From contig CAWFXL010000001.1 in assembly GCA_963819815.1 (NCBI GenBank), forward strand, positions 960,001 to 1,024,000: DNA of 64,000 bases, in the 5' to 3' direction. Position 1 is the stretch's first letter. Each line of letters opens with the position of its first letter. Of this stretch, positions 18,546 to 28,823 are shown piece after piece. The stretch is from an uncultured bacterium. Lineage in GTDB: Bacteria > Babelota > Babeliae > Babelales > Babelaceae. The position numbers and the translations under genes are program-made. Below the pieces are notes generated by a model, which saw only the letters and a program-made list of their open reading frames with translations, was not told the origin of the DNA and made no database searches.

Positions 18546-20448
18546 GGCGCTGGCGCTGCTGACGCAGCTCCTCAAGAGGATCTCCTCCCCATGAACGATT
18601 CCACCACCAATAGGTTGCCCCAGTTAGCACTATTCCTGTCATAAAGTGTTTAAGGGTCTGTTTCCAGTTCTCAAAGAATGATTTTCGCCCTTTTTGGTTT
18701 GCTTTTTGCTGAGCAAGTTCCTTATCATCTTGCCCTTGGGCTTCTTGATTTCCCGCTCCTTTACCGCCTGAAACAATCGGTTTTTCAGGCATCTTCTCTT
18801 GGAGCCATTCACCCTCTTCCCCCTCAAAACGAGCAGTTAAGCCAGAATTAAACTCATCAAGGCGCTTCTTAAAGTGGGCTGCCGTTTGCGAATCTATGGT
18901 GGAGAGATAATGCTCAGAAGTACCAAGTCTTTGATAAGGATGGTCAGGTGAGACATACTGGCTCACATCTTTCGTATAATCAGCAAGTACTTCCTCTACC
19001 GATGGAGCTTCAACATCGCTTATTACGGTGCGGTAGCCGAAGGTACCCTGAACTCGTGCACTCCTTCGTACCTGATGCCTTTTTTTAAAGTCTGCCCCAT
19101 TAAGAAGAAGGAACGAAAAAAAGCGTCCGAGCATTTTTTTCCTAGTTTCGGTCATGAAATCATAATTGCAATATTCACGCAATACCACATACAGGACTGA
19201 AAGACCCGAAGGTTCGTAAGCATTAGCCAAGGCTGGCCGTTCTTTAATTATCTCAAAAGCATTAGACAACTGGTCATCATCATTTGAATATTCTAGAAGT
19301 GAATTGAAAAGATCTGCAGCCGCATAGGCGGAAACTTTTTGATCATTCGGTTGCACAGCAGGGGCAGGATTACCCCCAGCAGCTCCTTCTTCACTGGATT
19401 CTTGTTGATTTCTCTGAACTTTGTAGGCAGCAAATTTTCCAGGAAAGTAAGTGGTATCAAAAATTTCAATAAGCGGCTCACAGTCTTCCTCATTTTGAAG
19501 GAAGCAGTCCATCAGATCATCGAGTTGGCGCACAAACTGCGCATCGTTTCTGCCATTATTGAGGATGGCAATAAAGGCATCTGTAAGCATTCTACAATTA
19601 TATTTCTCCACATACCAGTAGTCACTATGGGTTATGAGACTACCTCTTCCAAAAAAGCTCCTGTGGTATAACCTGACTATACCCTTACGATCATCTTCCG
19701 TCTTTGGGCAATCAAGAAGCCATCGCTCCACAACGTAGCGAATGAGTGTCTTACCATGCGGATCTTTCTCGCAGTAGTCAGCCACTGTAAGCCCGTCTGT
19801 ATTTAAGTGGAGATGAGAGCTCCTACTTAAGTGATATCGATAACTTTTAAATCGCAATGCAGCAAGAGCACTATCATTTGATGGGCGAACATAGGTAAAA
19901 GCTTTTTCAGCCTCCTCAGCATTCTCTTCTGGTATCTCATTTTCTGGTTCAGCAGGCTCTGGGAAAATATCAGGAAATGCATCGCAAAGAATCGTAATAC
20001 AAGCTCCATAGTTCTCTCCATTGTTTTCAAACTCTTTCATGAGATCTTTCAAAGTCTTTTCAAAAGGCTCATGGCCCTTGCCAGTGTTAACCAATGCAGC
20101 AAAAACCTCATATAATGACTCTTGCTGAGCCCTTGTTTCCCTAAGCTCGCCTTCTAGTCGTTCATTCGAAGCCGCCTCCAAGCTCCTTTCAAGCCTCTCT
20201 CGCTTTTGGGTCGCATCAGCATAGAGCTTTCCAATATGGCCCAAAAGGCTCTTCCCTTGATAGCTATGCACGAGAACCTCTTTATGCTTTCCGATTAAGA
20301 GAAGAGACTCTTTCGTAGGCTGGTTTCGGTGTATATCAGAGAGAAGCCCTTTACAGAGACTATCCATTTTTTCGACACTGAGAACAGAGTGTGCGCCAAA
20401 ACAGTTCATAGCTACCATCAAGGTTATTACGAGTATCCTTTGTATCAT
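18520..20448 (-). CDS. Secreted protein with degenerate ankyrin-like segments and C-terminal TM anchor
   Basis: Leader; GKSLL, GKTLI, GLSVL...LLLNGADF segments; tail GIVLTGATYWWW. Confidence 0.75.
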   Translation of the reverse strand: MIQRILVITLMVAMNCFGAHSVLSVEKMDSLCKGLLSDIHRNQPTKESLLLIGKHKEVLVHSYQGKSLLGHIGKLYADATQKRERLERSLEAASNERLEGELRETRAQQESLYEVFAALVNTGKGHEPFEKTLKDLMKEFENNGENYGACITILCDAFPDIFPEPAEPENEIPEENAEEAEKAFTYVRPSNDSALAALRFKSYRYHLSRSSHLHLNTDGLTVADYCEKDPHGKTLIRYVVERWLLDCPKTEDDRKGIVRLYHRSFFGRGSLITHSDYWYVEKYNCRMLTDAFIAILNNGRNDAQFVRQLDDLMDCFLQNEEDCEPLIEIFDTTYFPGKFAAYKVQRNQQESSEEGAAGGNPAPAVQPNDQKVSAYAAADLFNSLLEYSNDDDQLSNAFEIIKERPALANAYEPSGLSVLYVVLREYCNYDFMTETRKKMLGRFFSFLLLNGADFKKRHQVRRSARVQGTFGYRTVISDVEAPSVEEVLADYTKDVSQYVSPDHPYQRLGTSEHYLSTIDSQTAAHFKKRLDEFNSGLTARFEGEEGEWLQEKMPEKPIVSGGKGAGNQEAQGQDDKELAQQKANQKGRKSFFENWKQTLKHFMTGIVLTGATYWWWNRSWGGDPLEELRQQRQRLRAESGAL

Positions 20449-20462
20449 AGCTATCCTCGTTC

Positions 20463-21437
20463 CTATTGCAGCTGTTGCAGTTGGGCAACGTTATTTGGTT
20501 GTGCTTGAAGCCCCTTATCACTACCTGAGCGCATAAGATACAACAAAACACCTATCAATCCTATGCCACCGGCTAGATACATTCTGTAGGGGCGAATTTT
20601 TTGATAGGCAGGATTTAGGAACTTCTTTGCCCGGGCTGTAAGTTCACGAACACTAGGCAATGATTTTTTTTGTAAACCAGCTTTTTCATTTTTATAGAGC
20701 TCTGAAGCATTATGAATACCTTTATTCATAATACGTGCCACTGATTCTCCTTTGGCGTCCGGCATATCAACGTCAGCGCCTTTTCGAATAAGATGGGCAA
20801 ACATCTGCACTGATTTAGCATCATTGGCAACGAACTGCTCTGCTGCAGCATGAAGTAATGTTTTACCCTCAAAAGGACAGTACATTTCAACGAGCATTGA
20901 ATAGGGAATATCGTTCGTGTTCCCCGTAGGCTTCAAAAGTTCATCTAGAGCATGAATATCTTTATCACGGACTGCTTTAAATGCTAACGGAAGTTGCTTG
21001 CGGAGAGTTTCGTAGGTAAGTCCAATGGCTTTAAGATCAGGAACTTCCACAAGATCATCAACATTCAATCGACTCTCACTATCTGCTACAAAATCTGCAC
21101 CACATTTAAGGAGAATCTCCCAGAGCTTTTTAAAGCGCTCTCTTTTGTCTAGGTCTGCCTTATCAAGTCGTGCACCCAGATACACGAGAATCTCCAAAGG
21201 ATAATAACCATCTGCATCCTGCAACGAATAATACCGAAAGTTCTTCTTAACGGCCCAGGCGCAGTAAGCATAGTTGTCCTCTGTGAGGTCATTAAGACCG
21301 TTTATAAACCTTTGCTCACTAAGATCACTATCTTCAAAGCTATAGATTTTGGGATTACTCGCAGCATTACTGAGAGATATACCTAAAAAGCTGAAGGCTA
21401 AGCCTAAGATTTTATAGTTCATACTGTTCCTTTGCAT
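20463..21437 (-). CDS. Secreted ankyrin-repeat protein with C-terminal TM anchor
   Basis: Leader; GKTLLHAAA...LIRKGADVDMPDAKGES; tail YLAGGIGLIGVLLYLM. Confidence 0.8.
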   Translation of the reverse strand: MQRNSMNYKILGLAFSFLGISLSNAASNPKIYSFEDSDLSEQRFINGLNDLTEDNYAYCAWAVKKNFRYYSLQDADGYYPLEILVYLGARLDKADLDKRERFKKLWEILLKCGADFVADSESRLNVDDLVEVPDLKAIGLTYETLRKQLPLAFKAVRDKDIHALDELLKPTGNTNDIPYSMLVEMYCPFEGKTLLHAAAEQFVANDAKSVQMFAHLIRKGADVDMPDAKGESVARIMNKGIHNASELYKNEKAGLQKKSLPSVRELTARAKKFLNPAYQKIRPYRMYLAGGIGLIGVLLYLMRSGSDKGLQAQPNNVAQLQQLQ

Positions 21438-21439
21438 AG

Positions 21440-22375
21440 CTAAGCATATCTTTGCGCCTGCTCACTTCCCTTAGTTTGGGACACATTGTCATTACTTGTG
21501 GAAAGATACCAATAAATAGTATAACCCACGAGAGCACCTAAACCAAGAAGTAGTCGAGACCATCGTTTCTGCTTGTTAGCATGTTGCTCTTCTTCTTTCT
21601 TCAGCTGATCACTGATTTGTTGTAAACGATCGCTGACATTGTGTAAACGAATGCTCATGTTGGACTCGCCTCTTAAACGGCTACAAAGATCCTCCCATGT
21701 CTGCCCAATATTTCTATTATGGGCCATATACACATCCTGCAAATCTTCAATATCGCAATCAGCGAAAGATAGAGGGGCTGGGTGCTCTAAGCCATAGGTC
21801 GACCCAGTACCAACATCAAGAAGATAAGCAAGTATATTCCTATGCTGCTCTTTTTCATCTTCTGTGCCCTTTGGATAGGCAATAATAAGTGTGGCTATAG
21901 GGGAAAGACCTGTCGCTGGATCGATCGCATAGCGCATTTCCTGATCTTCAAAAATCGCGTGCTTAATAAAATCGAGAGATTCTTCAGAGGGATCCTTAAG
22001 CTCTGCAAAGAACCGTTTACTCATTCCTAGCTTATTTTTTCGAACTTTCTCAATACAATCGAGAGGCTCTTCAGAAGGATGCTTAAGCTCATCAAAAAGT
22101 TGCTTATTCATTCCCGTCCTATTCTTGCCTGCATACCACGTGCGGAAACTCTTCATTATCGCAGAAGGGCCCCAAGAGGTCGTTGGCTTATCAAACCACG
22201 CCTCAGCCTCTTGTTCTGTCATTAAGCGACCACTCTCAAAATATCCGGGCCTCATCCCAGCTTTTAAGAGCTCCTCTTTCGTCAAGATGTTTGGCGACTC
22301 AGAAGCGTAGGCATATCCTGTTATCAACAGGAACACCATACAGCTCTTACGTATGAGTGGCATGCGTATCATCAT
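21440..22375 (-). CDS. Secreted protein with C-terminal TM anchor
   Basis: Leader ending AYA; internal short repeat (ELKHPSEE / ELKDPSEE); tail LLLGLGALVGYTIYWYL. Confidence 0.75.
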   Translation of the reverse strand: MMIRMPLIRKSCMVFLLITGYAYASESPNILTKEELLKAGMRPGYFESGRLMTEQEAEAWFDKPTTSWGPSAIMKSFRTWYAGKNRTGMNKQLFDELKHPSEEPLDCIEKVRKNKLGMSKRFFAELKDPSEESLDFIKHAIFEDQEMRYAIDPATGLSPIATLIIAYPKGTEDEKEQHRNILAYLLDVGTGSTYGLEHPAPLSFADCDIEDLQDVYMAHNRNIGQTWEDLCSRLRGESNMSIRLHNVSDRLQQISDQLKKEEEQHANKQKRWSRLLLGLGALVGYTIYWYLSTSNDNVSQTKGSEQAQRYA

Positions 22376-22390
22376 GACAGTAATCCTTAA

Positions 22391-23527
22391 TTAGGCAGCA
22401 GCTACTTTTCCACCGGGACGTTCAGGAGTAGCTAAGGCACCATTTTTACTATAATAATAAAAATAATAGATCCCAGCTACGGCTGTTAATGCTCCCACAA
22501 TGGCACTAGCTTTATTAAATTTGTGTGCTTTTCTATCCGCTATAAGCTTTTCTTGGGCTTTGCGTTCGCTTTCTTTACGATCTCGAATGTCATTAAGAGC
22601 ATTAAGACGATCCCTACTTAACGTTGGCCGTAGTAAGGCCTTGAGCTCATTAAGGCGGTCTTGTTTAGCTCCATCTTGAGGATAAGAAGCTTCAAACAAA
22701 AGCCATTCATCAAATGGTATGCTCGATAGACCTGCCTTTATAAGGAACTTTGATTCAATTCGGGGATCTTTTACCAGCGCCTCAAACCCATCAATCGGAG
22801 GGATAACGCCTTCAATCTCACCATGTATGTAGCCAAATGCAGCATTTGAAAGAGCCCTATTATCCCCATCAGGAACATCCAATAAATGTGCGTATGCATC
22901 ATTACGTAAGAAAGTTTGAATGACTTGCAGACGGCCTTGGTAACAAGCAGCACTCCAATCCTGCAGAGTAAACCCATCTTTCAGCTGAGGATCTCCAGAG
23001 AGAGGGAATGATTTCCTCTTCCAAATTGCCTGTTCAATAAAACCTAGAACCTGTCCCACCATTCCATCATTACCATGCTTTTTTCGAAATGCTTGAAACT
23101 GTCGAAACCCCCAACCTGCTTTATCGGTTATAAAATCAAGGACCTCTTGCTTGACTGAATCGAGTAATTTTTTCGTATCTTCTGGCTTAGCCGCTGCAGA
23201 CGCTGTAAAATCACTAAACCATTGTATGGCTGTCTCTTTTAACTGACCCAATGTTTCTGGATCTGAAATAACTCCCCGTACCATGCCAGCAGCATTATTA
23301 ATGAGAATATCCCCAAACACCGCTCTTAATTGAGGGTTCTGGGCATTGGCAAGAATTGCATTCCCAATGAGCGCCTGGAATTCGGGACTATCAGCATTTT
23401 GATTAATCGCATTGCGAATAAAGGCTTGCATAGCAGGATCTTGAGCGCCACCACCGCGGTTCATTGCTTGAATCGATTCAAAGCTTGAGACAATGAGTGT
23501 TGCAATTAAGAATCGCTTTAATAGCAT
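22391..23527 (-). CDS. Secreted protein with C-terminal TM anchor; shares leader and promoter with the repeat family but lacks the repeats
   Basis: MLLKRFLIATLIVSSFESIQAM leader; tail AIVGALTAVAGIYYFYYY...VAAA. Confidence 0.8.
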   Translation of the reverse strand: MLLKRFLIATLIVSSFESIQAMNRGGGAQDPAMQAFIRNAINQNADSPEFQALIGNAILANAQNPQLRAVFGDILINNAAGMVRGVISDPETLGQLKETAIQWFSDFTASAAAKPEDTKKLLDSVKQEVLDFITDKAGWGFRQFQAFRKKHGNDGMVGQVLGFIEQAIWKRKSFPLSGDPQLKDGFTLQDWSAACYQGRLQVIQTFLRNDAYAHLLDVPDGDNRALSNAAFGYIHGEIEGVIPPIDGFEALVKDPRIESKFLIKAGLSSIPFDEWLLFEASYPQDGAKQDRLNELKALLRPTLSRDRLNALNDIRDRKESERKAQEKLIADRKAHKFNKASAIVGALTAVAGIYYFYYYSKNGALATPERPGGKVAAA

Positions 23528-23584
23528 AGTGTTCCTTCACGCCCATAGAGATACATAGTTTCAACTGTTACGTCCAGTAATACC

Positions 23585-23613
23585 ACAATACCATAAAATA
23601 AGTCTATCTTCAA
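23585..23613 (-). promoter_or_regulatory. Cassette sigma70 promoter copy 1
   Basis: TTGAAG-N17-TATTGT with TGn extension. Confidence 0.75.
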
Positions 23614-23693
23614 AGGCCCGAGTACTTTGCTGCCTCCAGCAAGGCCTGGGGGAATGCCAAGTATGCCTTTTAGGTAAGCCCCTAGAATGGAGA

Positions 23694-23725
23694 AGAGCCT
23701 GTGCCTATACTAGAGTACAGGCTCT
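23694..23725 (-). terminator. Cassette terminator hairpin copy 1
   Basis: AGAGCCTGT...ACAGGCTCT inverted repeat just after the stop of 23741..25324. Confidence 0.75.
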
Positions 23726-23740
23726 CATTATGATTCTTAG

Positions 23741-25324
23741 TTACGCTGCGGCAGGCAGGGCCTGCGGCTTCTCAGAAACGTTCTTCTTAGGATCTTTATA
23801 GATCATATAATAGTACAAGAGACCTGCACCAGCAGCGAGGGCGCCAAGTCCTACCGCCTTAGACCAATTAGCCTTTTTACCATCATGAGCATTGGTTGTC
23901 GTAGACTTAAAGAGATCTGATAAGTCATTCCTCTTAAGAGCATCAATTCTTTGGGCAAGCGTTATTTTCTTATCAAAATCATAGTAGATTTTATGAGCAT
24001 CTACTTTAACGAAGTCTTGCCATTCCTTCAGATCTGCAAATACCTTTTGATCTTGTTCATAGGCTTTAAATAAAGTCAGTACTATCGATTCCTGGTTCCG
24101 ACGAGCACCTTGAAAAAGTTTAGCTACAGCTAGTGCCTCTTTCCTATGAGCATCAGTGATTAAACGCTCCGTTATGCGATCTCCGATCGTATCTTTAAGC
24201 AGGCGATAGTATACCTTATCTATGTCTACAGGAAATTGATTAAGCCAGCTTTTAAGGTCATCATATACCCCATTATCATGTTCATAGGCTTTATATAAAA
24301 CCCGAACTACTTCTTTCTCGAATGAGCGATCCCGCTGTACAACTGCAGCAGCGGCTAGCGCTTTTTGCCTTGTCGTGGGAGAATTGAGAAGCTCCGTAAT
24401 GCGCTCTCCAATCTTCTTGCCTGGATTGGCTGGATCATAGTCAACTTCATCTACATCTTCTCTTCCTTCGAGCCCATCAACCCATTTTTTCAGATCCTCA
24501 AGTACCTCTAGGTCGCTTTCATATGCCCTATAGAGGGTTTGCATTACTATATCATTTTTTGATCGCTTCTCCTCAACAATCATGGCAACTGCCAATGCAG
24601 CTTTCCTCGTTGCCTTCTCTTGTAAGCCATCTGTAATATGATCACCAATCTTCTTGCCTGGACTTGCTGGATCATAGTCAATCCTATCGATATCTTCTTC
24701 GAACTCATCAATCCACGTTTTCAGATCTTCTAGTGCCCTTGGATCGCTTTCACAAACTTTACACAAAGTCTGCAATACTGATTCTTTCTTCGAACGAGTA
24801 TCTTGCACAATCTTAGCAATTGCTAATGCATCTTTTCGAATGCTGGCTTCTAAAAGTGTGGCGATGTCCTCACCAATCGTGCATTGTATGTGCTGTACAA
24901 GGCAACTGCCCCTTTCAATATCAATCTTAATAGCATCTACATCTTCCTCGAAATGATAGAGCCAATCTTGCATATCAGCCAATACCTTTTGATCATTTTC
25001 GTAAGCTTCATACAGTGTCTTGAAAGTTTCCTTCTTATTTGAGCGACTATTTTGTACAAGCTTAGCAATGGCTAATGCTCCTCTCCTATGTACTGTCCTC
25101 AAACCGTAAGTAATGAGCTGGCCTACAGTCATGCCTGGCTCAATTAAAAGTTTATCAACATCACATACATTTCTTTTGAAGCGCTCTTCAAAGGCCCTAT
25201 AGGCAGCTTTATCTACAAGAGCCGTTTCAAGAAGTGCTATGAAAGTAGGATCAGCCATCGCTTGAATCGATCCAAAACTTGAGACTATGAGGGTCACCAT
25301 TACCAGTCGTTTTGATAGCATCAT
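23741..25324 (-). CDS. ~76-aa tandem-repeat protein (5 repeats + cap), signal peptide, C-terminal anchor
   Basis: DVD..YDP..PGK.IG.RIT..L.....RK.ALAVA..VQ..RS.K..V..TLY.AYE.D.....DLK.W repeats; ends LPAAA. Confidence 0.88.
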   Translation of the reverse strand: MMLSKRLVMVTLIVSSFGSIQAMADPTFIALLETALVDKAAYRAFEERFKRNVCDVDKLLIEPGMTVGQLITYGLRTVHRRGALAIAKLVQNSRSNKKETFKTLYEAYENDQKVLADMQDWLYHFEEDVDAIKIDIERGSCLVQHIQCTIGEDIATLLEASIRKDALAIAKIVQDTRSKKESVLQTLCKVCESDPRALEDLKTWIDEFEEDIDRIDYDPASPGKKIGDHITDGLQEKATRKAALAVAMIVEEKRSKNDIVMQTLYRAYESDLEVLEDLKKWVDGLEGREDVDEVDYDPANPGKKIGERITELLNSPTTRQKALAAAAVVQRDRSFEKEVVRVLYKAYEHDNGVYDDLKSWLNQFPVDIDKVYYRLLKDTIGDRITERLITDAHRKEALAVAKLFQGARRNQESIVLTLFKAYEQDQKVFADLKEWQDFVKVDAHKIYYDFDKKITLAQRIDALKRNDLSDLFKSTTTNAHDGKKANWSKAVGLGALAAGAGLLYYYMIYKDPKKNVSEKPQALPAAA

Positions 25325-25384
25325 GTTCCTTTAGCCTCATAGAGACGTATAATCTGCATTTTTGTGGTCCAGTTCAGTACTACT

Positions 25385-25413
25385 ACGATATCATAAAATA
25401 CAACTCTCTTCAA
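25385..25413 (-). promoter_or_regulatory. Cassette sigma70 promoter copy 2
   Basis: TTGAAG-N17-TATCGT with TGn extension. Confidence 0.75.
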
Positions 25414-25499
25414 AGACCAGAGCTTTCCTCATATCTGAAAGCATTGAAGGGCTTCGCCTTTTCCGCCTAATCTCCGTAGAAATTTCCAACACATACGAA

Positions 25500-25530
25500 A
25501 GAGCCTGTACCCATTATAGGCACAGGCTCT
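25500..25530 (-). terminator. Cassette terminator hairpin copy 2
   Basis: AGAGCCTGT...ACAGGCTCT followed by T residues on the minus strand. Confidence 0.75.
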
Positions 25531-25545
25531 CGTATTAATTCTTAG

Positions 25546-26745
25546 TTACGCTGCAGCAATCAGGGTCTGAGGTTTCTCAGAAATAGTATTTTTAGGATCT
25601 TTGTAGTTCATATAATAGTACAGGAGCCCTGCACCAGCAATGAGCGCTCCAACTATTCCAGCCTTCTTGCTCATTGACCATTTGGCCTTTTTAGCATCAT
25701 CAGCATTAGCTTTTGGTTTTGCATTGGCATCAGAAGGAGCTGACTTGGAGAGCTTAAAGATATTTGTTACATCATCTCTTTTGAGACCTGCAACCCTTTG
25801 AGCAATCGTTATCTTCTTGGCAGAATCATAATAGATTTTACTACTATCTGCTTGAACAAATTCTTGCCATTCCCTCAAGTCTGCAAATACCTTTGAATCT
25901 TTTTCATAAGCTTTAAATAAGGTCACGAGTACAGAGTTCTTTCTTGAGCGAACTCCCTGTGCAAGCTTAGCAAATGCTAATGCCTCTTTCCTGTGTTCGT
26001 TCGTACTTAAGCGCTCTGTAACACGTTCACCAATCGTCTTGCCTGGACGTGCTGGATCAAAGTCTATAGCATCTATATCTTCTCCGCCCTCTAAGAAAAG
26101 ATCGAACCAATAGTGTAGATCCTCAAGAGCTGTTAAATCGTTTTCATAGGCTTTATAGAGGGTTTGCAGTACTGATTGGTAATTGGAACGATCAACGTAT
26201 AGAATATCTGCAACTTTTATTGCTTCTCTTCTCGTCGCTTTCTCTTGTAAACGCTTTGTTAGGTGTTCACCTATAGTCATATCACGCTTAGCAGGATCAT
26301 AGTATAGTTTATCAACGTCTGGGCGAGCATACTCAACCCAATCTTCTAGCTCATCCAGTACTACTAACCCGCTTTCATGACCCTTATATAAGGTCCGGGT
26401 AACTGATGGCTTATCACTTCGTTTAACATACACAAGCTTAGCCACAGCCAAAGCTTCTTTCGTAAGGCTAAATACTACTTTATGCCTCCGAACAACCTTG
26501 TCGAGTCTCTCATTAACCAAACCCTCATTAATGAACTGGCCTACTGTCTTCCCTGGCTCAATAAGACGGTCATCAACATCAAAAGTGTCTCTTCTATAAT
26601 AATCTTGAAAGGCTTTATAGGCAGTATGATCAACAAGAGCCCTTTCAAGTAGCTCTTTAAAAGTAGGATCAACCATATCCATAGCTTGCATCGATCCAAA
26701 GCCTGAGACACCGAGAACTATAATTAAAAGACGTTTTAATACCAT
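25546..26745 (-). CDS. ~76-aa tandem-repeat protein (3 repeats + cap)
   Basis: Same leader, repeat and anchor; ends LIAAA. Confidence 0.88.
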   Translation of the reverse strand: MVLKRLLIIVLGVSGFGSMQAMDMVDPTFKELLERALVDHTAYKAFQDYYRRDTFDVDDRLIEPGKTVGQFINEGLVNERLDKVVRRHKVVFSLTKEALAVAKLVYVKRSDKPSVTRTLYKGHESGLVVLDELEDWVEYARPDVDKLYYDPAKRDMTIGEHLTKRLQEKATRREAIKVADILYVDRSNYQSVLQTLYKAYENDLTALEDLHYWFDLFLEGGEDIDAIDFDPARPGKTIGERVTERLSTNEHRKEALAFAKLAQGVRSRKNSVLVTLFKAYEKDSKVFADLREWQEFVQADSSKIYYDSAKKITIAQRVAGLKRDDVTNIFKLSKSAPSDANAKPKANADDAKKAKWSMSKKAGIVGALIAGAGLLYYYMNYKDPKNTISEKPQTLIAAA

Positions 26746-26802
26746 ACTATTCCTTCATGCTCATAGAGGTGTATCGTTTTCAACTTTTACGAACTGCTTA
26801 TT

Positions 26803-26831
26803 ACACTAGCAAGAAATAGCTCTCTTTTCAA
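26803..26831 (-). promoter_or_regulatory. Cassette sigma70 promoter copy 3
   Basis: TTGAAA-N17-TAGTGT with TGn extension. Confidence 0.7.
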
Positions 26832-27015
26832 AGACCTTAGTTTTGCAGAACTCAGAAAACAAAAAAAACATTATATAGTTGGAGCGAACCTTTAGAATGA
26901 GAAGCTCTAACTAGAGGACCGAAGTAGATCATCAGATTACCTAATGCGGATCGCTGCCATCTGCAAAAAAAATAAAATCTCGCTTCTCTATACAATCTGA
27001 TTATCTACATTGGAA

Positions 27016-27045
27016 AGAGCCTGCACTCCATCGTAGGCAGGCTCT
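27016..27045 (-). terminator. Cassette terminator hairpin copy 3
   Basis: AGAGCCTGC...GCAGGCTCT inverted repeat. Confidence 0.75.
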
Positions 27046-27056
27046 CGAAATGATTC

Positions 27057-28604
27057 TTATGCTGCAGCAGGCAGAGTCTGCGGCTTTTGAGAAATAGTAT
27101 TCTTAGAATCCTTGGCATTCATAAAATAGTACACGAGTCCTGCACCAGCAATGAGTGCTCCAACTACTCCAGCCTTCTTACCCATTGACCATTTACCATC
27201 ATGAGTTATTTTTCTATCTACTTTATAGACTTTTTTATCTATATTTGGGGTTGCAGGAGAAAGCTTAAAGAGATTCGATACATCATCCCTCTTGAGAGTT
27301 TCAATTCTTTGAGCAAGCGTTACCTTCTTATCAGAATCATAATAGATTTTACTACTATCTGCTTTGACAAAGTCTTGCCATTCTTTTAGATCAGCAAATA
27401 CCGTCGTATCTTTTTCATAGGCCTTAAACAAGGTCACCAGTACTGAGTGCTTATTTGAGCGGGTTCTCTGTGCAAGCTTAGCAAATGCTAATGCCTCTTT
27501 CCTGTGCTCATTTGCACTAAGCTCTGTAAATCGTTGACTATCTTTACTTACAGGAGCACCGACCGCGCCAGCCCCCTTTTTTTTGGAGAAAAAGGCCCCA
27601 AACGGATTGCCTAGAGAACTAAACACTGAAGGTGCAGTCTCTTTTACTGAAGTATCCTTGCTTTGTGCATTCATGTTTAAACGCTCCGCAAGACGATCCC
27701 CAATGGTCTTACCAGGCTTAGCAGGATCATAGTCTATAGTATCTATATTGTCTGCCTCCTCCTCGAACTCATTAAGCCAATTTTCCAGATCTTCGAGTGT
27801 TGTCGGATCGCTTTCATAGGCTTGGTAGAGGGTTTGCATTACTGAACGCCTATTTGAGCGCTGCGTATCTACAATTATAGCAATCTCTAATGCTTCTTTT
27901 CTTGTCTCTTTTGCGCGTAAGAGCTCCGTAATGCGCTCTCCCATAGTTTGCTTACTCTTACCATTATAGTAGAACTGATCTACGTCTAGAGGGAACTTCT
28001 TAATCCAACTTTTTAGATCGTCCAACACGTCTTGACCACTTTCATACGCCCGATAGAGGGTATGAAAAACTGAACATTCCAAAGAGCGATAAGGCTGAAA
28101 AAGCTCAGCAACTGCTAAGGTTGCTTCTCTCGTCTCATCAACATCTAAACGCTCAGTAATCCGATCAGCAATGGTCTTATCACTCTTCTTCGCAGGATCC
28201 TGGTAATGGTACCGATCTATGTCAGGTTGAGCGTACGGAACCCACCATGCTATAGCATCTAATACCGCATAACCATTCTCATAAGCTTTGTATAAAGTTC
28301 TAATAACCGATCGCTTATCGGTTCGCCTACAATGCACAATTCGAGCAACTAAAACCGCTGTGTTCGTATGAGTAACCAAAGCTTCAGAAATGCGTTGACC
28401 TACAGTCTTACCTGGCTCAATAAAAAGTTCATCAACATTACACATATCGCCGTTGAAATGATTTCTGAAGTCTTCATTAGCAGCCCGATCAATGAGGGCC
28501 CTTTCAAGAAGCTCTTTAAAAGTAGGATCAACCATATCCATAGCTTGCATCGATCCAAAGCCTGAGACCACGAGGATTATAATTAAAAATCTTTTTAATG
28601 GCAT
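27057..28604 (-). CDS. ~76-aa tandem-repeat protein (4 repeats + cap, with ~50-aa insertion)
   Basis: Same family; ends LPAAA. Confidence 0.88.
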   Translation of the reverse strand: MPLKRFLIIILVVSGFGSMQAMDMVDPTFKELLERALIDRAANEDFRNHFNGDMCNVDELFIEPGKTVGQRISEALVTHTNTAVLVARIVHCRRTDKRSVIRTLYKAYENGYAVLDAIAWWVPYAQPDIDRYHYQDPAKKSDKTIADRITERLDVDETREATLAVAELFQPYRSLECSVFHTLYRAYESGQDVLDDLKSWIKKFPLDVDQFYYNGKSKQTMGERITELLRAKETRKEALEIAIIVDTQRSNRRSVMQTLYQAYESDPTTLEDLENWLNEFEEEADNIDTIDYDPAKPGKTIGDRLAERLNMNAQSKDTSVKETAPSVFSSLGNPFGAFFSKKKGAGAVGAPVSKDSQRFTELSANEHRKEALAFAKLAQRTRSNKHSVLVTLFKAYEKDTTVFADLKEWQDFVKADSSKIYYDSDKKVTLAQRIETLKRDDVSNLFKLSPATPNIDKKVYKVDRKITHDGKWSMGKKAGVVGALIAGAGLVYYFMNAKDSKNTISQKPQTLPAAA

Positions 28605-28662
28605 AGTATTCCTTTATGCTCGTAGAGGTATATCTTTTTCGACTTCATGTTCAGTACTACAT

Positions 28663-28691
28663 ACCATAGCATGAAATACGTATCTCTTCAA
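28663..28691 (-). promoter_or_regulatory. Cassette sigma70 promoter copy 4
   Basis: TTGAAG-N17-TATGGT with TGn extension. Confidence 0.75.
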
Positions 28692-28777
28692 AGGCCTTAG
28701 TTTTTGCCGCAATACGTAATATCGTGGCAAATTCTCATTATATCTTGTGAGTGATCTCAAGAAAATCGCATTAAAAA

Positions 28778-28809
28778 AGAGCCTGCACTCCATTATAGGC
28801 ACAGGCTCT
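28778..28809 (-). terminator. Cassette terminator hairpin copy 4
   Basis: AGAGCCTG...CAGGCTCT followed by a T run on the minus strand. Confidence 0.8.
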
Positions 28810-28823
28810 CGTATAATTCTTAG

